From a virus (Duplodnaviria; Caudoviricetes), in IMG/VR virus record IMGVR_UViG_3300046689_000570, positions 852 to 64,851 of that record: a stretch of DNA of 64,000 nucleotides; one strand, given 5' to 3'. Under the pieces are notes generated by a model. It saw only the letters and a program-made list of their open reading frames with translations. It made no database searches and was not told the DNA's origin. This document shows, piece after piece, positions 1 through 9,124 of this stretch. Position 1 is the stretch's first letter; each line of letters begins with the position of its first letter. The position numbers were made by a program, and so were the translations under genes.

Positions 1-76
1 TGCGGGTGCCCAGCTTGAACGTTACATCGTAGGGATAGGGGAGCCCCGGTTGACGGGCACGCACAGCGATGCCCAT
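1..76 (-). CDS. 5' fragment of a probable tail protein gene (MGIAVRARQPGLPYPYDVTFKLGTR...) running off the left edge
   Basis: ATG at 76-74 overlaps the TAA of the upstream gene (TAATG coupling); frame is open to position 1. Confidence 0.6.
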   Translation of the reverse strand, partial: MGIAVRARQPGLPYPYDVTFKLGTR

Positions 77-1632
77 TAGATCAGCCCCACCACCTCACGG
101 GATCGGAACCGCTTGTGAGGACGCGAGGCACGCGCACGGTTAAAGGCCAGAAACCGCTCCCGTGCAGCGGCAATCTTCGCTTTGCGTTCGGCGTCGGCCA
201 TCTTCTGAAACGCGGGATAGCGTTCCCAGGCGTAGGTGATGGCGCCCGCTACGATCGCATCGAGCGTCCCGTCCTGTGCATCCCCCTCGACCTCGTTGCC
301 CTCCGCGGTCAGACCGTCCAGCTTGGTGCCGAACTGGCCCGAGGCGTCGACGCGGCAGTAGGTGAAGAGCGGACGCTGGGCGTCGATGAGGTAGGCCGAG
401 GGCGAAGCGATCGGCGTGAGCGGGTAGAAGTACACCTCGCCCTGCTCTTCGGTGAGGGGATCCACCTGTCCGCCTTCGACGAGATTAGGCTCCCGCTCCT
501 GGAGATCCGTCAACGAGAGGTTGCGCTCGTAGAGGGTGAGGCTGTCAGCCTGCCCGGTGTTGCCGCTTTGCACTGCGGCCACTCGCGCGAACCGCTCAGT
601 AGGACCGTACACGGGGCCTTCGTAGCCGACCCCAAAGGCGGCGAGCAGCAGCTCGTCCCCCTGCGCGGCTCGGCTGGTGGCGCTCACCGTAGCGGTGGTA
701 CCTGTGCCCGTGCCCGTGCCGGAGAGGTCGACGCCCGAGGGAAGTAGGCCCTGATACTCGGCCAGCACTGCGGTGGCGCTGGACCCCGTGTAGGTCACCG
801 AGAGGCTGGTGAGCGAGGTGTCCGCACTCGTCGGGTAGGCGTAGTAGATTTTGGTCAGGATGTTCCCAGATGTTGCGGTAGCCAGCAGGGTGTAGCCAGT
901 GGGCGTCGTGATCGCCGAGCCGTAGGTACTCACCGCCAAGACCAGCAAGTTTCCCACAGTAGGCGCCTGAGGAGCGGCGAGTACCACAGGGCCTGCCCCG
1001 CTGTGCGACCCCGTATCGACCTGCACGCGGCGGATGCCACCCTGCGTACGGTCGCGCTGGAAACTCGCTAGTACCCCCGTGTAGACCACGCTGCTACGGA
1101 TCGACACGCTCAGCGTGGGCGTCAGTAGCGGCGGCTCCGTGATGCTGCGGATCTGGTTGATCCACTTCGAGTTAGTCAGCCAGCCCTGTGCATCAGGCGG
1201 AGGCGCGTACCGCAAGAACGAGGTACGCACGCTGTCCTCTGGCGGCACCACCCAGAAGCGGTCGATCGAGAACATCCGCTGGAGCGCGTGGTTGATGCTG
1301 TCATTGATCTCGTCGAAGAGGAGGCCGACGTTCCACAGCTCGTACTCTTCGTTCACGGGTGAGTTCGTGTAGCCCAGGTCCGGGGTGAACGTGCCCGTGG
1401 GCCCGTGATACGTCATGACCTGCCGCTGGACGTCGCCGGCCGCGACCGCATTCGGACGGAACAGCCACCAGTTGGTGTAGTCCATGTACGCACCGTCTTT
1501 GAGGTTGGTGCGGTAAGGGTAGGCGGTATCGACCAGCGTGTGCGCGGTGCTGCCCGACGTGGCAGTGCTCGTCTGGAAAGACCGCAGCTCCACGCCCATG
1601 CGCCGACGGATGGTCGTCAGGCTTAACGCCAC
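76..1632 (-). CDS. Virion tail/adaptor-like protein, paralog 3, with an inserted Thr/Ser-rich beta-sandwich domain
   Basis: 518-aa ORF; N-terminal TLVD-x(n)-WLFRP-x(n)-GD-x-x-RQV-x(n)-EYEL and C-terminal CR...GL motifs shared with the two neighbouring ORFs. Confidence 0.6.
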   Translation of the reverse strand: MALSLTTIRRRMGVELRSFQTSTATSGSTAHTLVDTAYPYRTNLKDGAYMDYTNWWLFRPNAVAAGDVQRQVMTYHGPTGTFTPDLGYTNSPVNEEYELWNVGLLFDEINDSINHALQRMFSIDRFWVVPPEDSVRTSFLRYAPPPDAQGWLTNSKWINQIRSITEPPLLTPTLSVSIRSSVVYTGVLASFQRDRTQGGIRRVQVDTGSHSGAGPVVLAAPQAPTVGNLLVLAVSTYGSAITTPTGYTLLATATSGNILTKIYYAYPTSADTSLTSLSVTYTGSSATAVLAEYQGLLPSGVDLSGTGTGTGTTATVSATSRAAQGDELLLAAFGVGYEGPVYGPTERFARVAAVQSGNTGQADSLTLYERNLSLTDLQEREPNLVEGGQVDPLTEEQGEVYFYPLTPIASPSAYLIDAQRPLFTYCRVDASGQFGTKLDGLTAEGNEVEGDAQDGTLDAIVAGAITYAWERYPAFQKMADAERKAKIAAARERFLAFNRARASRPHKRFRSREVVGLI

Positions 1633-1635
1633 GGC

Positions 1636-2925
1636 TTACCTCCCTGGAGTAGCGGGGGCCACGTCGCGGGCAAGCGAGGCTACGGGGCTGGAGGAGCTGA
1701 CATCACCGCCCTCGACGGGGAACGTAAGCAGCTCGCTAGTCTCGACGCCGGCCAGGAACTCCATCTTGTAGCGGTCGAACTCCGCCTGGGCAGTCGCCTG
1801 GCTAGCGACCTGCCGCTGATCGACGCCCTGGATCATGAGATCCGGCCGGCGCCGCCAGGCCCAAACCTGCATGCCCGCGCTTACCCACTCGACGTGAGGC
1901 TGCGCCTGGTGCGCCTCCAGCGAGAGGCCACTGATCCCGCCCCACGCAGCGGTGGTTGCGCTCCGGCACCAGTAGTACGCAGGCAGCTCACAGGTGATGT
2001 AGAGCGTGTCGCCAGCCTCGTAGTGACGCTTAGCGTCGAACACCACGTAGGGGCCGTTCATACCCACCCGACCGGCCTGCGGCACTGGGATGCCCATCTC
2101 GGTCACTACTGCCACGGCAATGGCGTGAGAGCCGCCACTGGTACCGTCGGTGACCTGGAGGAGCGGGCTCTCCTGGGGCGCTCCGGTCATAGTGATGGTG
2201 TAGACAAAGTTTGGAGTGCTGGTCGCTCCGGTACTCACCGTGACCGCTTCCAGGCCAGGGATAAGCCGCAGCGCGGTCTGTAGCGTTGCCGCTACTGCAC
2301 CCACCGCAATGGCACCCCCGGTCACGCCTTGATACGTGAAGGTCCAGGTTCCTGTGGTAGGCGTGCCCGTGATCGTAATCGTCTGGACCTGGGTCTGCGC
2401 AGCGGGAATCAGGTCGATGGCGTGGACCCAGCGGGGGTGCAGGAGATTCGCGATCTTCACGTTGACTGCGGAGCTGCCATCCCCGTTGGTCAGATTCTGC
2501 GTGTACGTTCCTGAAGTAGACACCCGTGGCGCGTACGGGATGATGGCTACCACATGGATGTCTTTCAGAGCCGCGTTCAAGAGCTGGTTCAGGGCGTTCG
2601 AGGGATCGAAGCCGTGCCCGTGCAGCTCATACGCCTCGGCGGAGGGAGCGGCGGTGTAGGGACGATCTACGGTGAACGTGCCCGTACGCGGCGCGTAGAG
2701 GCCGGGGTTGACCTGGCGCACCAGGTCGCCCGCGTTAACTGCCGCCGGACGCAGGATGTACCAGTTGTCGAACTCGGCGGACCGCTCCAGGTTCTGTTGA
2801 ATCGGCCAGGTCGGATCGACCAGCGTCGCGGTAGTACCCGTACCTGAGGTGCCCCCGCCGTCGGGCTTGAAGGCGCGCAGGTCCTGCGCGAACCGCTGAC
2901 GATACTGGGTGAGTGTCGCGACCAT
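1636..2925 (-). CDS. Virion tail/adaptor-like protein, paralog 2, with an Ig-like insert
   Basis: 429 aa; paralogous to both neighbours; insert QVQTITITGTPTTGTWTFTY...QTALRLIPGLEAV resembles phage decoration domains. Confidence 0.6.
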   Translation of the reverse strand: MVATLTQYRQRFAQDLRAFKPDGGGTSGTGTTATLVDPTWPIQQNLERSAEFDNWYILRPAAVNAGDLVRQVNPGLYAPRTGTFTVDRPYTAAPSAEAYELHGHGFDPSNALNQLLNAALKDIHVVAIIPYAPRVSTSGTYTQNLTNGDGSSAVNVKIANLLHPRWVHAIDLIPAAQTQVQTITITGTPTTGTWTFTYQGVTGGAIAVGAVAATLQTALRLIPGLEAVTVSTGATSTPNFVYTITMTGAPQESPLLQVTDGTSGGSHAIAVAVVTEMGIPVPQAGRVGMNGPYVVFDAKRHYEAGDTLYITCELPAYYWCRSATTAAWGGISGLSLEAHQAQPHVEWVSAGMQVWAWRRRPDLMIQGVDQRQVASQATAQAEFDRYKMEFLAGVETSELLTFPVEGGDVSSSSPVASLARDVAPATPGR

Positions 2926-2936
2926 GAGCTAACCCC

Positions 2937-4271
2937 CTAGACCGTTGGTGGTGGCGTATTGAACCCTGGCGCGCTTACCAGCGCACGAGCGGCCGGACCA
3001 GGGATTGCCCCGCCCAGACTGAACGGTAGTTTCAGATCCAGCATTTCGCCGTCCACATCATACGTGAGGAGGGGACTGCGTGTCGCGGACTTGAGATAGG
3101 CCGCCTGGTAGGCGTCGAACTCCTGCTGCGCATCCGCCTGGCTAAGCGCCCGACGGTGCTCGGTCGCTTCCTCCATCACGCGGGGACTCCGCTTCCAGCC
3201 GATGAGCTGAGCCGCGACCGAGACGTGCTCCGCAATGGGGAGACCCAGGTCGGTATCCAGCGACAACCCCGCCTGTCCACCCCAGGCTACGGTAGTACCC
3301 GTGCGACACCAATCGTAGGCCCGCACCAAGAAGGTCACGTACACGTGATTAGAAGAAGCGTCGATGCTCCGGTACAGCTCGGCCATGACATCAGAGCCGT
3401 TCATGAACAGGCGGGCACTCAAAGGATCGAGCTTCCCGAACCCCGGACTCAGAGCAGAAGCGATAGAACCGTTAAACGTTCCTTGATTTACGGTGAGCGC
3501 CGGACTCCCTAACGGAACGCCGTAGAGCGAGATGATGAAGCTAAAGTTGCCTGATACTCCCGATGAAGCTATCTCTACAGCCTCTAGGCCAGGAATAAGG
3601 CGTAGGGCGGTTTGTACTGCTGCCCCATTTGCGGAGTAGAGAATACTCCCCGAGGTATAGCTACCGTAGCTAAAGGTGTACGAGCCCGCACTTCCTCCCG
3701 TGGTCGCCATCGAGAGGATGCCGATCGCGGAGGGCTCTTGAAAATCTAATCTCGTAACAAGGCCCGAGTGTAGGAGCTGAGAGATTTGCCGATGCGCCGC
3801 TCCGCTGCCATCCCCTTGCGTAAAGTTCAGAACCTGTTGAAGGTTATCACCACTGGATAACCAGGAGGCGGGACGAAAGGGGACTTGCACAGGAATGTAG
3901 ATGAGCTTGAGTGCTTCGTTAAGCACGTCTCGCAGCTCGTGCCAGGGCTCGAAGTCATGACCGTGCAGCTCGTAGACCTCATCCGCGGCAGGGGGCGTAG
4001 TGTAGTCCGCGTCCACATCCAGAGTGCCCAGGTCTGGGTGATAGCCGCCCGAGGGGATCTGACGCACGGTGTCCCCGACATCGCCCGCCTCCTGGCGCAG
4101 CAAGAACCAGCCCTCGTAGAGGTTGTCCTTCGCGATGCGGGAGAGTACCGGCCAGGTCTCCTGCACCAACGTTGACGCGGTGCCATCCGTCGCCACCCCG
4201 CCGGTAGGGGTGGGGCCAAAGGCGCCCATGTCCTTAGCGAACTGGCGGCGGTACTCTTGAAGCGTCGGCAC
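2937..4271 (-). CDS. Virion tail/adaptor-like protein, paralog 1, with an Ig-like insert
   Basis: 444 aa; shares YELHGH, QTALRLIPGLEAV and WCR...AWGG..GLSL with 1636..2925. Confidence 0.6.
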   Translation of the reverse strand: MPTLQEYRRQFAKDMGAFGPTPTGGVATDGTASTLVQETWPVLSRIAKDNLYEGWFLLRQEAGDVGDTVRQIPSGGYHPDLGTLDVDADYTTPPAADEVYELHGHDFEPWHELRDVLNEALKLIYIPVQVPFRPASWLSSGDNLQQVLNFTQGDGSGAAHRQISQLLHSGLVTRLDFQEPSAIGILSMATTGGSAGSYTFSYGSYTSGSILYSANGAAVQTALRLIPGLEAVEIASSGVSGNFSFIISLYGVPLGSPALTVNQGTFNGSIASALSPGFGKLDPLSARLFMNGSDVMAELYRSIDASSNHVYVTFLVRAYDWCRTGTTVAWGGQAGLSLDTDLGLPIAEHVSVAAQLIGWKRSPRVMEEATEHRRALSQADAQQEFDAYQAAYLKSATRSPLLTYDVDGEMLDLKLPFSLGGAIPGPAARALVSAPGFNTPPPTV

Positions 4272-4981
4272 TACTTACACCGCCTCACATAGCTCGGGAT
4301 ACACGACATCTGCACCCCACCGGCCACCGCCAGCGGCCCGAAGTCGCACGCGGCCTGGCTGCCATCGCTCGGCGTGTTCTCCCCCACGCTGGTGCAGAGC
4401 AGCCAAACATGGGGCGGCTGCTGGAACGTCCATGGCACCGAGCCGCGCTGCACGCCATCCACTGAGTAGGAAACGGCGCCCGTCGTGTAACCGATGCTGA
4501 ACGTGTACCACTGGCCCGGCACGCCGTCTGCGAACCGACGGCCGCCCTGTACGAGCTGACAGCACGCCCCGAGGCTCGGCCCCCAGAGTGGGGAGAAGGG
4601 AGGCACGCCGTTAAAGGTGGCCACGTCCAGGTAGCGCCCACTCGGGTCATCCTCCACCAGCGCGAGACTGCCGAAGTAGTTCGGGGTCGTGCTGCCGGGG
4701 GCTGGTTGCGCGCGCACGCTGCCGCTCACCGAGATCGGCTGCGACGGGTCCAGGGTGAAGCGGCTGACCAACGCGGCACTCTGACACGTCAGATGCGCGG
4801 CGCCCTGGCTCATCGTGGCGCACGACTGCCCAAGATCGGTCCACTGGCTGCGCGTCGCCCATTGCTCCTGATACAAACCGCTGGCATGCGCAGGGGTAAT
4901 GATGACGAGCGCCGCAATAACGGCCCCCAATGCTGCCCCAGTAATGAAGACGATGAACTCGCGGCGATCCAGCTCAGGCAA
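4271..4981 (-). CDS. Exported Cys-rich concanavalin/lectin-like protein with a twin-arginine-type signal peptide
   Basis: Likely TTG start at 4981 overlapping the upstream stop; N-terminus PELDRREFIVFITGAALGAVIAALVIITPAHA|S; beta-rich body (WYTFSIGY...VSYSVDG). Confidence 0.55.
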   Translation of the reverse strand: MPELDRREFIVFITGAALGAVIAALVIITPAHASGLYQEQWATRSQWTDLGQSCATMSQGAAHLTCQSAALVSRFTLDPSQPISVSGSVRAQPAPGSTTPNYFGSLALVEDDPSGRYLDVATFNGVPPFSPLWGPSLGACCQLVQGGRRFADGVPGQWYTFSIGYTTGAVSYSVDGVQRGSVPWTFQQPPHVWLLCTSVGENTPSDGSQAACDFGPLAVAGGVQMSCIPSYVRRCK

Positions 4982-5738
4982 CGGTGACTCCGTAGCGCGT
5001 ACCGAGATGGGACCGGAGCTGGGATCGCTGGGTCGCATCCAGAGCGCCGGCATAGACCAGGGCGCGGGCAAGCTGGTAGTTAGTGAAGTAGTTGGTAGTG
5101 TTCCCACCCGACCCCAACGTGACACCTGATCCACCCAACGGCCCCGCATTGCCGGTCGCTCCTGCATTGCCATCTACTTTGGCCAGCGAAGATGCGCCGT
5201 TGAAGACCCCCTCCAGTACATGGAAGGCTGTGAGGTCGAGAGGACCTCCGACGATCTCCGCGACGCCCGCGTAGATCCGCCACTCCAATTGGTTGGATTG
5301 GCCGTAGCCCCCCATCACGTCTTGAGAATCGCCATCAATGAAGTAATGAAAGTTAGAGGAGGAGGCCAACTGCTTAACTACAAGAAATATCGTCTCTGGC
5401 TGGTTCAAGGTGAATGATGCCGTCTTCAGGTAATCATCTACACCGTCGAACTCTACTACTGCATGACCATTGACGATGTTGGTGCGCCACAGGGGGCGCT
5501 TGCCACTGGTGGCCTGGCTAGCATGGTGTAGTAAGCCGCTCTGGTCGTTGGCCTGCTGGATCGAGCCGCCGTTAGTGGCCAGCGTGGTGCCAGCATCGCT
5601 GTACATCCCAGTGTCCGGGTCGAGGTCGAATTGAAGGCCAGCGATGTCGGTGGGGAGAAATGCCCGACTCTGACTCTTTCCCATCATGCGGTTTAGAAGC
5701 CAAGGGGGGTCGGTGACCAGAGCAGGTCGGATCGTCAT
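4974..5738 (-). CDS. LamG/concanavalin A-like lectin domain virion protein
   Basis: ATGA-coupled start at 5738; motifs NDQSG..HHASQ..KRP...FDGVDDYL and YAGALD typical of phage LamG-like domains. Confidence 0.7.
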   Translation of the reverse strand: MTIRPALVTDPPWLLNRMMGKSQSRAFLPTDIAGLQFDLDPDTGMYSDAGTTLATNGGSIQQANDQSGLLHHASQATSGKRPLWRTNIVNGHAVVEFDGVDDYLKTASFTLNQPETIFLVVKQLASSSNFHYFIDGDSQDVMGGYGQSNQLEWRIYAGVAEIVGGPLDLTAFHVLEGVFNGASSLAKVDGNAGATGNAGPLGGSGVTLGSGGNTTNYFTNYQLARALVYAGALDATQRSQLRSHLGTRYGVTVA

Positions 5739-6073
5739 CGGGCGTAATGCACGTCGAGCACACCCGAGGAGCCGCCCGTCCGAATGGCCTTGAAGTTCTG
5801 GATGTCCTGTGTCCCCCACAGGAGGAGGGACTCCCCGATCTCCAGAAGCGTGCCCACTGTGGTAGTAGGCGCGGTCACCCCGTCCACGGTGTAGCGGATC
5901 TGCGCCGTCTCCAGTCGCATGACCGCGTACTTCGCGGAGCCGGCGCCTCCGGTGGGGGCGTACTTCGTAGCCGTGAGTGGGACGCCCCCCGCGGTCGAGT
6001 CAACCGTAAGCTGCTCGAAGCCAAAGGTAACGAGCGGGTTATAGCCTTCCTTGTTGTAAGGGGCGTCGCTCAT
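5735..6073 (-). CDS. Small beta-rich virion (head decoration-like) protein
   Basis: 112 aa, GAGGAG RBS; IRYTVDG..PTTTVG.LL motif; lies in the head gene cluster. Confidence 0.55.
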   Translation of the reverse strand: MSDAPYNKEGYNPLVTFGFEQLTVDSTAGGVPLTATKYAPTGGAGSAKYAVMRLETAQIRYTVDGVTAPTTTVGTLLEIGESLLLWGTQDIQNFKAIRTGGSSGVLDVHYAR

Positions 6074-6076
6074 GGC

Positions 6077-6784
6077 TTACTCCTCTTCGAGGGATCCCAG
6101 CGGGATGCGATCGGCGGCCGGCACCACGAACTGCTCAGGTACCATCGGAGCGGCAGCTCGACCGCGCTTAGTCGGTGTCACAGGGGGGGTTGGCTGCCAG
6201 GTGCCCATACCAGGACCGCCATCCGCACGAGCGTAGCCCTTCGCCATCGCCGCTACCGGATGCTTGGTGCGGTAGTGGATCGCCATGCGCGCCTCGATCC
6301 GCATCTGCGGGGTGGTGCGCTCGGTGAGCATGATGCGGTAGGGATCCTCGGGCCCGTCCTCGGGCTCCAGGTAGGACCCCTCGATGTCGTCGGCGATGAC
6401 CTTCCCGCAGGTGTCGCACACCGCGTAGAGCTTGGGCTCCTGGCCAGGGCACTCGTTGAGCTTCTGCTCGCAGTTCCGCTGACCGCAGAAGGGGCAGTTG
6501 CTCGTCCAGCCGCAGCGGCGCAGCATGGGCACGTTGCCGATCGGCACCGGACGACGGTCGCCGTGGCCGTCCTTCTCGATGGGGCGGTACATGTGGGTGT
6601 AGCGGGTACGCTGCTGGTAGCCCGCGACCTGGATTCCCGATTGGGCCTCGATCGCGGCGACGTCGTCGATCAGCTCGCGGGCGTCCACGCGCTCGCCATC
6701 GGCGATGCGGTTCATCACCTCGACGAGTTCGGCGTCGACCATCTCACCCGTCGTTTCTCGACGGCGTCGGGTAGCAGTAGCCAC
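6077..6784 (-). CDS. Cys/His-rich putative zinc-binding protein
   Basis: 235 aa with CPFC, C-x6-C, CDTC and HYRTKH; AAGGAG RBS. Confidence 0.55.
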   Translation of the reverse strand: MATATRRRRETTGEMVDAELVEVMNRIADGERVDARELIDDVAAIEAQSGIQVAGYQQRTRYTHMYRPIEKDGHGDRRPVPIGNVPMLRRCGWTSNCPFCGQRNCEQKLNECPGQEPKLYAVCDTCGKVIADDIEGSYLEPEDGPEDPYRIMLTERTTPQMRIEARMAIHYRTKHPVAAMAKGYARADGGPGMGTWQPTPPVTPTKRGRAAAPMVPEQFVVPAADRIPLGSLEEE

Positions 6785-6786
6785 AG

Positions 6787-7254
6787 TTACTCCTTCTGCC
6801 AGGACCGCTCAGGCAGCAGCGTGTTCGGTTTGCGGTCTATATGGTTTGGTTGGCGGAAGGGGTCGGTTACGGGGTTCGCCTTGTGGTGCTTCACCCGCTC
6901 CATGACTGCTTCCGCCATCAACGCCCCTGCTTTCTCGCGAGGGGGCAAGCCATTGTCTGCCCGCCACTGGTCATAATCGTAGGGCTTCGCTTCACGGTGC
7001 TCAGCGATCAGATCGTCCAGCTCCGAGACTTCAGTCTGTCCCATGGGCATGAGGATGGTCTGCACCATCCCCTGTGCGTTGAACAAGAAGATGGGCTTCT
7101 CCGGGCGGTAGTCCCGCTGCCCGCCGAACATCTCGGTGAGCGTCCGCTTCCCCTCCTCGCGCAGGGGGGTGGTGCGGCGCAGGCGCTCCGCCGGCCGGTA
7201 TTTGCTGCCGGCCGGCGGACGCACATGCGACGGGAGGATCAATCCTCCTGCCAT
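6787..7254 (-). CDS. Hypothetical protein
   Basis: 155-aa ORF tightly packed in the operon. Confidence 0.6.
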   Translation of the reverse strand: MAGGLILPSHVRPPAGSKYRPAERLRRTTPLREEGKRTLTEMFGGQRDYRPEKPIFLFNAQGMVQTILMPMGQTEVSELDDLIAEHREAKPYDYDQWRADNGLPPREKAGALMAEAVMERVKHHKANPVTDPFRQPNHIDRKPNTLLPERSWQKE

Positions 7255-7258
7255 CGAC

Positions 7259-8005
7259 TTAGCCCAGCGCCAGGTCGATGATGCCCTGTTCTGTAGTCAC
7301 GCCCACGGTGGCGACGATGCCCACGAAGTTCTGGCCGTAGCCCGTATTCGGGGTAGCCTCCGTCAGGACCGACGGAGCTACCGCCCCATCTGCCGTAGCG
7401 GAGTCGACCACGCCCTCGTTGATGACCACCGTACCTTCGGTGAGCACCGAGGCCAGGCCTCGGATCTGCGCCCAGAAGTAGTACGACGCGGGAATCACGC
7501 CGCAGGTCACTCCCACCAGCTTAGTCGTCGCGGGGCTGGGGTGGATCACCACGCCGTTGTACGGCGAATAGAGGCCCACCGTGGTAGCGGAGTTGAAGGC
7601 CACTTCCAGGCCCACTGCCAGGGTCACCAGGATGTCGCCCGAGGCGGGGTTGTCCGTCGCGGTGTTCTCGACGATGGGGTAGAGGTAGCCCTCTCCGTTG
7701 TCGTCCTCGACGTTCAGGAAGCCACCCTGGTACTGGTTGGCGGTGACGGTCGCGACCGTGACCTGGACCTGTTTGGCGCCGATACCCGCAGTGTAGGTGG
7801 TGACCACCACCGCCTTGGCGATGTTCGCGGCTGGGGCCTGCACCACCCGCGCGGTGGCAAGCTGGGTCGCGGCGTTCTTGACCAGACGAAACGTACGCCC
7901 GTCCTCGGTAACGCCAATCTGACCCAGGGGGAAGTTGCCAGGTCGATAGGAAGTGGAACGGTGCACCGTCTGGTAAGGGAGGTGCACGTAGTTATTGAAG
8001 CTCAC
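7259..8005 (-). CDS. Capsid cement/stabilising (minor capsid) protein
   Basis: GTG start at 8005 with AGAAAGGA RBS; directly follows the major capsid gene; DGRTFRLVK...YYFWAQIRG pattern. Confidence 0.6.
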   Translation of the reverse strand: MSFNNYVHLPYQTVHRSTSYRPGNFPLGQIGVTEDGRTFRLVKNAATQLATARVVQAPAANIAKAVVVTTYTAGIGAKQVQVTVATVTANQYQGGFLNVEDDNGEGYLYPIVENTATDNPASGDILVTLAVGLEVAFNSATTVGLYSPYNGVVIHPSPATTKLVGVTCGVIPASYYFWAQIRGLASVLTEGTVVINEGVVDSATADGAVAPSVLTEATPNTGYGQNFVGIVATVGVTTEQGIIDLALG

Positions 8006-8060
8006 GAGGGTTTCCTTTCTTTGCGGCCCGATCCACCGCAAGGACCCGAAGGCTTCTCGG

Positions 8061-8098
8061 ATTTAAGGGGCGGGAGGGAAGCCAGTACCTCCCGCCCC
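8061..8098 (-). terminator. Stem-loop terminator/attenuator after the major capsid gene
   Basis: GGGGCGGGAGG-N10-CCTCCCGCCCC followed by TTAAAT on the minus strand. Confidence 0.6.
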
Positions 8099-8130
8099 AG
8101 AGCACCACAGCCCACCATGCCGAAGGTGGT

Positions 8131-9102
8131 TTACGAAGTCGGCATGCTCGCATCGCCGAGAATCTCGATCCCGTCGTTGTCGGGCAGGTAGAGGGTCCAC
8201 TCGTAGGATCCCACCAGCACGAGCTGCTTCTTGCGGCCAGTGACGCTATCCTCGCTCTTGAGGCGGGGCGCCACTTCCTCGCAGAAGATCACGCCTTCCT
8301 TGGAGAAGACCGCGCTAGAGGCGTCGTCCGAAGCGTCGACGTTGATGTACGGATCCAGCTTCATCTCCGCGCCGAACAGCATGCCGATGCTACCCGGTGC
8401 GCCGCGCAGTGCGCTGTTCTGAAGCTGAACGTTCCCCGAAGGCACGATGTCGTCGCCGGCATTCGCGCCGCCGTTCGCCCCGAAGCCGGTGCCGCCGTCC
8501 GGGTCATCACCCAGCGGGACGAGCTTGCCCTGCACCACGCCACCGTGCATGGGATGCAGCACGCCGTACCAGGGCTTGGGGGCCGGCTGGGGCCGGGTGC
8601 CCGCGGTGTCCACGCGGCGAACGTTACCGATGTCGAGGCGGGCAGTGGACGCCTGGAGGAAGCCCAGACTCATCGCGGTGCCCGCGCCCCCGAGGCGGGT
8701 GGTGAAGTTCACGAGCTGGTCGCAGCCGTCACCGTCCTCCTTGGCGTCGTAGGCATCGTTCATCATCTGCGCGACCTTGGACTCCAGGCCCGGATCCGCG
8801 ATGCGGCGCAGGGTGGTCTCCGGGAGTACCACATGGACGCCGCGTTCAGATGGGGTGACCTGGGTGAGAAAGTCGGCGATGGCCTGGGCCTGCGCCATGT
8901 CCACGCCCTCGATGAGCTGGTAGGACTGGAACCGCCCGTAGTTGATGATGTTCGCGGTGGTGCCGGTGTGCGGTTGCAGCGGGAACGCAGTCGCACAGGA
9001 GCGCATGATTCCCGTCGCTTCCCGCAGCATGCGGAACTCACCCAGGATCGTGGGAAGCGAGACGTCAAGATCGCGTCCCGTTCCGGCGAGGTTTTCGGCC
9101 AC
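8131..9102 (-). CDS. Major capsid protein (HK97 fold)
   Basis: 323 aa, GAGGAG RBS; lies between scaffold-like gene and terminator; size, strong codon bias and YGVLHP/G-x-LFG motifs fit a major capsid protein. Confidence 0.75.
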   Translation of the reverse strand: MAENLAGTGRDLDVSLPTILGEFRMLREATGIMRSCATAFPLQPHTGTTANIINYGRFQSYQLIEGVDMAQAQAIADFLTQVTPSERGVHVVLPETTLRRIADPGLESKVAQMMNDAYDAKEDGDGCDQLVNFTTRLGGAGTAMSLGFLQASTARLDIGNVRRVDTAGTRPQPAPKPWYGVLHPMHGGVVQGKLVPLGDDPDGGTGFGANGGANAGDDIVPSGNVQLQNSALRGAPGSIGMLFGAEMKLDPYINVDASDDASSAVFSKEGVIFCEEVAPRLKSEDSVTGRKKQLVLVGSYEWTLYLPDNDGIEILGDASMPTS

Positions 9103-9124
9103 GATGTTTCTCCTCTAACGGGGG

